From Sedimentisphaerales bacterium (GTDB lineage: Bacteria; Planctomycetota; Phycisphaerae; Sedimentisphaerales; Anaerobacaceae): a DNA stretch of 62,294 nt. The notes beneath the pieces are model-generated. The model saw only the letters and a program-made list of their open reading frames with translations, was not told where the DNA came from and ran no database searches. The stretch lies in contig JBARPZ010000362.1 of NCBI GenBank assembly GCA_049643445.1, forward strand, positions 1 to 62,294, written 5' to 3'. Both the position numbers and the translations under genes were made by a program. Below are positions 16,709 through 24,475 of this stretch, piece by piece (the first letter of the stretch is position 1; the number at the start of each line of letters is the position of its first letter).

Positions 16709-17125
16709 AGATTACTGCCGAACAATTTCTAATCTCATATTTCGCTGCACTCTTCAAGATGTCCACATCAAGCATTTAGGTAAGTAAAATAACACAAAGA
16801 GACCGAAAAGGGAATGAAAAAGCACTTTTTTTGGCCATCCCCGCGAAGGCGGGGAGATGTTGGAGAGGTGTTTGGGTAGGGGTGAGTAGTTCATTGCTTG
16901 ACTATCTCGACAGGGCTCGACAGGCAAATGTAGGGCTGGGATTGAAGCTGGTGGAGTGGGAGTGAGAGAACTATACACCCCCCTCAGAATCCCCTATGAT
17001 TAAATATAACTTAAAACCTGGAGTTAGCCGGTAGTAAACAAACAACTAATAAGATCGCAATACATGGAAGTCTGCTTTTTAACAAGTTGTCATCTCCTAA
17101 ATACAGTTGATACTATAATTACAAA

Positions 17126-18664
17126 CTATTCAATCCAGAACGAATACAGCCTGGCATTCTTCAACTGAAACACTAATCGCAAGTGCCCATCACCTGGCTC
17201 TGCCAGCTCCTTCATTGATTTCCAGACCATCCTGCCCTTAGTTATATCTTCAGTCAACGCAATCGAATCATCCAGCGTATACGATTCAATCGGCTCTGAA
17301 TCTCTTGACAACACCGCGGCCTTGACCCAGCCGCCATCCGCCACTTCGACATTTAGAAATAAACCCTCACCCTTGAACGTCATAGGGCGGGTTATTATTT
17401 GGCCTGGTGTTTGGCCGGCATTGAGCGAGGCAAAACCATCCCGGCGCAGCTTAGCCAGACCGATACCAAACGACCAGTCGTTGACATCCTCGCGATTGGC
17501 ACTGCGCGCGCCGAAATAGTAAAACCACAGTTCATTGCCGACGAGAGCGGGTATGATTTTTGCGGGCCCTAAATAATCGGCGTCCCAACTGTCATCTGTT
17601 CCTAATGGAATAAAGGGCTTTCGCTGGCTCGGCCTGGACCAATGGCGACCGTCTCGGCTATAGCTCAATTGAATATCGACCTGTTTGAAGCCTTTGGGAA
17701 TTAGGCGCATAGTGCGTATCATCCCAACCCACATACTCTCATAGACAAACCCGATATGACCGTACAATTGCCGGTCCGGCGGGTCGAGCCGGTCGGGAAA
17801 CATAAGAAACCGCTCACGGCTCCAGTGGATAAGGTCGTCGCTTTCCATAAAGGCACGAAGTCTCAGCCTGGGTTTGTGGTCCTGGACGATTCCGAGTTGC
17901 TTGATTTTTTCTTCGGGAAAATACAAGTTGAATTTGGTATCGCAAATGTACTTTTTCAATACAGGATCGTAGCGAAAAATACATGTGTCCCCGACTCCTT
18001 TGGCCCAGAAAGGACCGGGTTTCATATAACTGTATGTTCTTTTGAGAATCGGATGTTTGAAACTCTGTTTCCAGTGCAGACCGTCTGCGGAGTGGTACGC
18101 ATAAAACCCGCCTGCTTCGTCTCCCCGTTTTTCGATGACGGCCTCATATCGCCGTTGTGGATCCGCCGCATCGGGATTAAAGATAAATCCTCTTACTTCT
18201 CCGGGGCCATTGAAGATTCTGTTGTCCTGCGGCCCCAGATCGGGTTTTGTCCAGTGAATGCCGTCGGTGCTTTCGGCGTAATTCATACTGTACCACATAC
18301 GGAATTTGCCGCTTTTGTTATCATATAAAACAGCCACCGGAACGCCGGGCATCAACGGATTACCAGAATATTTGGCCGGCTGATGAAATTGATGGGTAAG
18401 ATTTTTCATCGAGCCTATACAATAGTCATCAATAAACAGTTGCCGCTTTGAGTCAATCTTCATCGGCCAGTCGGTTACATTGCCCGGAAACATTATATGG
18501 TCGCTGGTCAAGATACTATAGGCTTCTGGAAACCGGTCGCGGTCCACCCAGGACTCAGATTTGTCAGTTGATTTCGCCGTCACCGACATAGCCGAAAGCA
18601 TAAGCAAAAAGAAACTTATGAATAAATACATACTGACTTTGAGAACTGTTTTACTGTTTGTCAT
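17126..18664 (-). CDS. secreted protein, probably a beta-propeller-type glycoside hydrolase
   Basis: 512 aa with the signal peptide MYLFISFFLLMLSAMSVTA. It has the pattern RQLFIDDYCI...NPLMPG...ESTDGIHWTKP and W-rich repeated blocks like uncharacterised GH43/32/130-like proteins. The family is not resolved. Confidence 0.45.
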   Translation of the reverse strand: MTNSKTVLKVSMYLFISFFLLMLSAMSVTAKSTDKSESWVDRDRFPEAYSILTSDHIMFPGNVTDWPMKIDSKRQLFIDDYCIGSMKNLTHQFHQPAKYSGNPLMPGVPVAVLYDNKSGKFRMWYSMNYAESTDGIHWTKPDLGPQDNRIFNGPGEVRGFIFNPDAADPQRRYEAVIEKRGDEAGGFYAYHSADGLHWKQSFKHPILKRTYSYMKPGPFWAKGVGDTCIFRYDPVLKKYICDTKFNLYFPEEKIKQLGIVQDHKPRLRLRAFMESDDLIHWSRERFLMFPDRLDPPDRQLYGHIGFVYESMWVGMIRTMRLIPKGFKQVDIQLSYSRDGRHWSRPSQRKPFIPLGTDDSWDADYLGPAKIIPALVGNELWFYYFGARSANREDVNDWSFGIGLAKLRRDGFASLNAGQTPGQIITRPMTFKGEGLFLNVEVADGGWVKAAVLSRDSEPIESYTLDDSIALTEDITKGRMVWKSMKELAEPGDGHLRLVFQLKNARLYSFWIE

Positions 18665-19215
18665 TATTTGCTCCTGTTTTTCCTACTTTGTCAAAACGGG
18701 TAATGATGCTGCGATTATCTGACATGTTTCTACTAAGTCCGGGTCGTCCTCTTATCAATCGATTAGTTAAATCGGTCATAACCGTTTGATATCTTGATTT
18801 ATCAAGTAGGGCAAATCTCATAACATTACTTTCTTGCGGCCAGCAAAGCCGGAATTATTTAAGAGAAATCCACAGTTGTCAATCAAGCCATTATGTGTAG
18901 AGAATAACAGAAATAAATCAAATATCGAAATGAAAAATGTAAAAATAAGTTGAGTAAACGCGTAAATGGGTGAATGAGTGAATGCGGGGGGGCCTTTTCG
19001 TCGCTCGTCGCTCGTGAAGCGTATCTCGCCAGAAGAGGCCGGGACGGCCGGCGTTGCTTTTAATAGATCCCTCGACTGCGCTCGGGATGACAGGGGGTGA
19101 GATTGCTTAGGCGTAACTTGGCGTCTTCTTGACGCGGAGTCGGGGAATCGTTAAGATACACGGCAAGAGTAGGAGTGATCTTTGTGTATGTCTTTATTGA
19201 GAAAGGACAATTGTT

Positions 19216-20700
19216 ATGACTTCGAAATCCGGTACAAAGGTGATTTTAATCAGCCTTCTTGTTGCAGTTTGTGGTTGCAGTAATGGCGCTTGGGATGGGC
19301 CGTACCAAGCCACCGGCATTAGAATTGGCGAGGTGACGGACAATGCAGCAATAGTCTGGACACGTCTGACGGCGAATCCTGAACGGGTGGGATCGGAAGC
19401 GCCTATGCCGGAGGTCCGGTATCTTGATTCCAAGACCGGTAAACTGACTAAGAAGCGCTCAGGAAGGCCCTATTCAGCACCTGTCGTCAGATTTCCTGAT
19501 AATTCAGCGATTGATACTATCGAAGGGGCCGCACCGGGGGCACCGGGAGAAATAAGGGTCCTTTACAAAACCGAAGGAGCCTCCAATTGGAAAGCCACCG
19601 ATTGGCAGAGAGCCAAGCCGCAGCGCGATTACACCGCCCAGTTTCAGTTGAGAAGTCTCGAAGCGGATTCTAAGTGTCAGGTGCGCGTAGAGGCCCGCAG
19701 CATCGCAGGAAAGAAGGGACAGGTCATAAACGGCGGATTTCGGACAGCACCGCGTGCTGATTACACCGGACGGATTCTTTTCACCGTTTCAACCGGTCAG
19801 GCGTATCCTGACCAGGATGTTGCCGGCGGCGGCTACAAGATATATGCTGAAATGCTCAAGCTTGATCCGGATTTCTTTGTCCATACCGGCGACATAATCT
19901 ACTACGACAAGCTGGCCAAGACAATAGAACTGGCCCGCTGGCATTGGCAGAGAATGTACAGCCTGGCCACCAATGTCGAGTTTCATCGCCGGGTAGGGAG
20001 CTATTTCATTAAAGACGACCACGATACGTGGAGGAACGATTGCTGGCCGAGCATGGAAAACAAGTTTATGGGCGATTTCACGTTCAAGCAGGGCTTGGCC
20101 GTGTTCCTTGAGCAGGTGCCAATGGGCAAGCGAACCTATCGAACTTTTCGCTGGGGCAAGGACGTGCAGATATGGCTGGTCGAAGGGCGTGACTTCCGCA
20201 GTGCCAATACAATGGACGACGGACCCGACAAAACAATCTGGGGCGCGGAGCAGAAGGGGTGGTTCAAACGGACCGTTGGGCAATCAGACGCCACATTTCG
20301 TATACTGATAAGCCCCACTCCGCTTGTCGGGCCGGATAGAACAAACAAGAACGATAACCATGCAAACGAAGGATTTACATACGAAGGTGATGAGCTGAGA
20401 CAGTTCATCTCAAAACAGAAGAACATGTATGTCATCTGCGGCGACCGTCATTGGCAATACGTTTCGGTGGATGCAAAAACAGGGGTACGTGAATACTCCT
20501 GCGGGCCGGCCAGCAACGAACATGCCGGCGGCTGGAGCAATGACCAGAGATACCCCGAGCACCAGTACCTGAACGTGACCGGCGGATTCCTCGCAGTTAC
20601 AGTCGACCGCCCGCAGGGCAAGCCAACACTGACCTTCCGACATTACAGCGTTGATGGTGAGATTCTAAACGAGGACCGCCTGACGGCGCCAGGTATATAG
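19216..20700 (+). CDS. PhoD-like alkaline phosphatase / phosphodiesterase
   Basis: 494 aa with an N-terminal signal or lipoprotein-like peptide. It has the metallophosphatase motifs FVHTGDIIYYD, FIKDDHDTWRND and VICGDRHWQY. Confidence 0.8.
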   Translation: MTSKSGTKVILISLLVAVCGCSNGAWDGPYQATGIRIGEVTDNAAIVWTRLTANPERVGSEAPMPEVRYLDSKTGKLTKKRSGRPYSAPVVRFPDNSAIDTIEGAAPGAPGEIRVLYKTEGASNWKATDWQRAKPQRDYTAQFQLRSLEADSKCQVRVEARSIAGKKGQVINGGFRTAPRADYTGRILFTVSTGQAYPDQDVAGGGYKIYAEMLKLDPDFFVHTGDIIYYDKLAKTIELARWHWQRMYSLATNVEFHRRVGSYFIKDDHDTWRNDCWPSMENKFMGDFTFKQGLAVFLEQVPMGKRTYRTFRWGKDVQIWLVEGRDFRSANTMDDGPDKTIWGAEQKGWFKRTVGQSDATFRILISPTPLVGPDRTNKNDNHANEGFTYEGDELRQFISKQKNMYVICGDRHWQYVSVDAKTGVREYSCGPASNEHAGGWSNDQRYPEHQYLNVTGGFLAVTVDRPQGKPTLTFRHYSVDGEILNEDRLTAPGI

Positions 20701-20702
20701 CC

Positions 20703-20875
20703 ACTGATGTCCAGCTTAGCCGGAGTGAAGGTATGAATGCCGTTCTGCACACTGTGTACTTCGGTGAGACTTTTGAGGATGTCAACACAGCCACCGTCGG
20801 CAGCCCCGGCATAGAGCTGACCTATGACCCCGGCCCCTTGCAAAAGAGACCACTTATTTCTGGCGGGTCGATCAT
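20703..20875 (+). pseudogene. frameshifted remnant of a secreted-protein beta-sandwich module
   Basis: One frame reads TDVQLSRSEGMNAVLHTVYFGETFEDVNTATVGSPGIELTYDPGP. The next frame continues LAKETTYFWRVDHWGS*. Joined, they give the YFG..F.DVN...YDPG.L...TTY(F/Y)WR(V/I)D signature common in large PVC secreted proteins. There is no start, no N-terminal part, and a 1-nt frame break in a C-run near 20833-20840. Confidence 0.5.
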
Positions 20876-21007
20876 TGGGGCTCGTAGCAGTCCGGGCGGT
20901 TTTGCCGTCCACCGGAAAAACCTCATTCGCCTTGTCATCAAAGCACTTGCGCGACCCTGCCACTTGCCACCGACCATAATATCCAGACATTAGAAAATCG
21001 CTAAGAA

Positions 21008-21124
21008 ACCTGACAACCGTACAACCTCTTATCTGCCAATTCGCCAAAAATGCCCATGTCATAAATATTGTGCAGTCAGAGATTTATGAAAAAGTGAAAA
21101 TTTAACACAGGTTTCAATGTCCTT
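21008..21124 (+). repeat. copy B of the three-copy intergenic repeat family
   Basis: It has TTATCTGCCAATTCGCCAAAAATGCCCATG, then the hairpin TCATAAAT(21059-66)/ATTTATGA(21082-89), then AAAAGTGAAAATTTAAC. Confidence 0.6.
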
Positions 21125-21446
21125 TTCACTTTCGTTTCTGGTTGTCGTTTTTTTTATGTAAGAACAGAAGGAACGAATCTGAAGTGATTTTCAAGATTGA
21201 CACAGGAAAGCTAAGTGACACACGGCAGGAAATCCCTCAAATACTCATCTCGAATCAGATCAATTTCTACTTGACTTTTGGATAGTGAAGCATACACTTA
21301 TGTCACTGTAGATGACTTTTAAAGCTCAGGAGGCAGAGTGATAGATGTGACAATATAATGCGGTTTTCGTGAAATTTTACGAGAAGATGTCGGTGCGCAT
21401 AAAGTGCATTGTGTGAAATATTAATCATTTTTGAAAGTGTGAAAAA

Positions 21447-22691
21447 ATGGAAAACAAAATGTTGACATCAGTATTACTTTGTGTGCTACTTCTGAGTGTC
21501 ACGGCCGGCGCAGCCGCGGCGACGGGCACAGAACGCGATTATTCCTTCGACGGCAAAATCTCACGCACCGTGCTCGAGAATTATCTTTCGCGCGCGATTA
21601 CTTTCTGCGAATTGCTCAACGGCGAGCGCGTCGAGAAGCAATTGCGAGGCAACACCGACGACAATATCCGAATGCTCACAAATGTCGGCGTCAAGTTCGC
21701 GGGCCGAGCGATCTACATGTGGGGCGGCGAGAGTCGCCTCGATGGGCTGCTCGAACGAGCCCGCCCGATAGTAAAAAAAATCCACGCTGCCGACCCCGAT
21801 ATGGTTCTGCAGGCCGCGGCCTTCGAAATAGTAAGCAGGCAGGTCGAGACGCTCAAAGTTCCCAAGTGGGTCTTCGACGAATTTGCCCTTGACTTCGAGA
21901 ATCGCAACTTCGACTACGAAGCGATGCTCTATTCCGACGGCCACCGCGTAAATCAATGGCGCACCGGCTCATCCGTACCCGATATGAGCAGGCTCGAGAC
22001 TCGCATGTGGTTTTTCTATCTCACTGCTCGTTATATCGACATCGGCGTCGAGGCAATACACTTCGGCCAGGTCGAGATCATGGACGACCGCGACCCGGAC
22101 CAACGTGGCTGGCGCGACATGATGGCCCGGGTCCGCAAATACGCCGCCAAAAACGCCAGACGACACTTCCTGCTCGCCGATGCACACGTCCCCAGCGGCG
22201 GCATCGTCCACGATGGCAGGCTCATGTTCGACTTTCACTCCTTTCCCCTGCGGATCGATGAGGTCGTAACCGAGCCCCAGAAGGGCATCTTGAAGGTCGG
22301 CTACCTGGACAGCATCTTCACCCGCAGCAAAGGCGGTATCACCCCGAGCGGCTGGCGATGTGACAGCCTGCCCTATATCGTTGAGCTGGACAACTTCGGC
22401 TCAAGCCGCAGGCCCGGCCAGAACATCGGAATGCACTATATATGGGGCTATGACGAAATCTGCTGGTTCGCTCACCAACCCGCCGACTATCGCAACTTCT
22501 GGCTCAAGTATGCATGGGACTGGATCCGCCGGCACGATCCCAACGGCTACCTCCAAATGCCCGGCGGCAGAACTTTGGCCAATCCCGTTGGAGATAAGAA
22601 TTGGTACTGGGCCAACACCACTTCCGAAGCCGTCCCAACCGGCTTCGCCCAGGAGGAAACAATAAAAGCAATCTGGACCGAAGACAAATAA
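21447..22691 (+). CDS. secreted protein of unknown function (possibly glycosidase-like)
   Basis: 414 aa with the signal peptide MLTSVLLCVLLLSVTAGAAAA. It is a long clean ORF overlapped by several high-GC shadow ORFs. No diagnostic motif is recognised. Confidence 0.5.
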   Translation: MENKMLTSVLLCVLLLSVTAGAAAATGTERDYSFDGKISRTVLENYLSRAITFCELLNGERVEKQLRGNTDDNIRMLTNVGVKFAGRAIYMWGGESRLDGLLERARPIVKKIHAADPDMVLQAAAFEIVSRQVETLKVPKWVFDEFALDFENRNFDYEAMLYSDGHRVNQWRTGSSVPDMSRLETRMWFFYLTARYIDIGVEAIHFGQVEIMDDRDPDQRGWRDMMARVRKYAAKNARRHFLLADAHVPSGGIVHDGRLMFDFHSFPLRIDEVVTEPQKGILKVGYLDSIFTRSKGGITPSGWRCDSLPYIVELDNFGSSRRPGQNIGMHYIWGYDEICWFAHQPADYRNFWLKYAWDWIRRHDPNGYLQMPGGRTLANPVGDKNWYWANTTSEAVPTGFAQEETIKAIWTEDK

Positions 22692-23042
22692 CACATTCCA
22701 CCAAAAGCCCGTCGCTCATTCCGAGCGAAGCCGAGGTCGTAGACGCACCTTTGGCGGAAATCTACCCTAATACGCTCTAAAAGGTTGCCGGTAGAATCAC
22801 AGGGAGAAAGAGAATGCCTCAAAATAAAAAAATGTGGCAACAAAAATCTCATTATTTGACTTTGAGCTCTTTATAGGTATCCGCTGCTCATGTTCCTTGT
22901 ACTTCGGTTGCTTTTTCTTTCTTTGCTGTGGAAGTAAAGGAAACTGAGGAGCAAGTTTATAGAATCATGCGGGAACGTCCGGCTCTTCGCTTCTTTTTGC
23001 CATCTGCTTGATTGTAAATTATTGATATTATTCTTAGACAGC

Positions 23043-23071
23043 TTGTTATTCTGTTGGAGATGGGGTATAAT
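23043..23071 (+). promoter_or_regulatory. possible sigma-70-type promoter
   Basis: It has TTGTTA (23043-48), a 17-nt spacer, then TATAAT (23066-71), about 80 nt upstream of ATG 23153. The promoter consensus of this lineage is unknown. Confidence 0.25.
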
Positions 23072-23152
23072 TTTTGGACGGATTTTTTGGCCCTATATTT
23101 TGTGGTCAGGGTGGTTTACTAATTTGCTTCTTTAATAAAAGGAGGCGGTTCT

Positions 23153-24421
23153 ATGGAACAAACAAAAGGTAAAGGTTTAAGTCGACGCAGTTTTTTGCGT
23201 GGTGTTGGGGGAATGATCGCGTTTCCGACAATTATATCTGCAACTGCCCTGGGGTCCGAGGGGAGGCCTGCGGCCAGCGAGCGGATTGTCATGGGGACGA
23301 TCGGATTCGGCGGACGTGGGAGCCATGTTATGCCTGCATTTATGCGCGAGGACGACGTTCAGATGGTCGCTATTTGCGATGTTAAAGGCAATCGGCGAAA
23401 ACTTGCACAGGAAACAGTCAATAGGCATTACGGAAACAAGGACTGCGATGCTTATATCGACCTGCGGGAATTGTTGGCACGAGATGATATCGACGCAGTG
23501 CTAATCGCTACGGGGGATTACTGGCATTCTGCGGCGGCCTGCCTGACGGCCCGGGCGGGCAAGGACATGTACTGCGAAAAGCCGATGAGTGTGACAATCA
23601 CCGAAGGACGGGCCGTGGCGGAAACGATGAAACGATACGGCAGAATCTTCCAGACCGGAACGCAGCGACGAAACGTTAGCCAGTTTATGTTTGCAGCCAA
23701 CCTTGTGCATAAGGGCCTGCTGGGTGAACTGAAGACCGTTCATGCCGAGAAGGCACCGAAATGGCATGACACATACGAGACTGTTCTGCCTGCAGAACCG
23801 GAACCGCCGCGTGAGGTATTTGACTGGGACTTATGGCTCGGTCCGGCAGCATGGAGGCCTTACAATTCCAAGTATGCATCACGGTCATTCTGGGGTGGTC
23901 ATCTGGATTTTGCGGGCGGATCGTATACCGAGTGGGGCAGCCATACAGTGGATCTTTGTCAATGGGCGGCGAGGAAAGACGATACTTCGCCGGTGATTTA
24001 TCATCTCGTGGGCAAGGATGTGGAGGCATATTATGAGGACGGGCTTAAGCTGATACTGCGGGCTGACATAGGACAGGGTTCCTGCGGTGTACGTTTCGAG
24101 GGGACAGAGGGCTGGATAGAAGTGGACGATTCAGGCCATATCGATATTCATCCGGAATCGCTCAGGTCCAAACGCAAGCTGGGCAAGGGTTATCCAGTGG
24201 ACGACCATGTGAGGGATTTTCTTAACAGCTTCAAGTCGCGAAGACAGCCGGCGGCTCCAGCAGAAGGTGCGCACCGTTCGATAACGGCCTGCCATGCGGC
24301 TAATATTTGTCGGCGGCTGGGCAGGACCGTGAAATGGGACCCTGTTAAAGAAGAATTTATCGGCGATGAAGAGGCCAATCGATTGAGTACAAGAGCTTAT
24401 CGTCAGCCGTGGAGGCTGTAA
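23153..24421 (+). CDS. Gfo/Idh/MocA-family oxidoreductase with a TAT signal
   Basis: It has the twin-arginine motif SRRSFLRGVGG, the Rossmann N-terminus MGTIGFGGRGS, and EKPMS; the domain order is typical of the family. Confidence 0.85.
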   Translation: MEQTKGKGLSRRSFLRGVGGMIAFPTIISATALGSEGRPAASERIVMGTIGFGGRGSHVMPAFMREDDVQMVAICDVKGNRRKLAQETVNRHYGNKDCDAYIDLRELLARDDIDAVLIATGDYWHSAAACLTARAGKDMYCEKPMSVTITEGRAVAETMKRYGRIFQTGTQRRNVSQFMFAANLVHKGLLGELKTVHAEKAPKWHDTYETVLPAEPEPPREVFDWDLWLGPAAWRPYNSKYASRSFWGGHLDFAGGSYTEWGSHTVDLCQWAARKDDTSPVIYHLVGKDVEAYYEDGLKLILRADIGQGSCGVRFEGTEGWIEVDDSGHIDIHPESLRSKRKLGKGYPVDDHVRDFLNSFKSRRQPAAPAEGAHRSITACHAANICRRLGRTVKWDPVKEEFIGDEEANRLSTRAYRQPWRL

Positions 24422-24475
24422 AGTAACATTTATAAAAAAGCCGGTAAGACGGATTGGCAAGATAAGGAGAATAAA

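Noticed and set aside
13255-16832. A-run/T-run palindromes GAAAAAAAGTGCTTTTTTT (13255-13273) and GAAAAAGCACTTTTTTTT (16815-16832) considered as terminal inverted repeats delimiting the nuclease island
   Set aside because: Only about 16 nt match, and the motif is itself nearly palindromic and low-complexity, so either orientation aligns. No target-site duplication is visible. I note it but do not consider it convincing.
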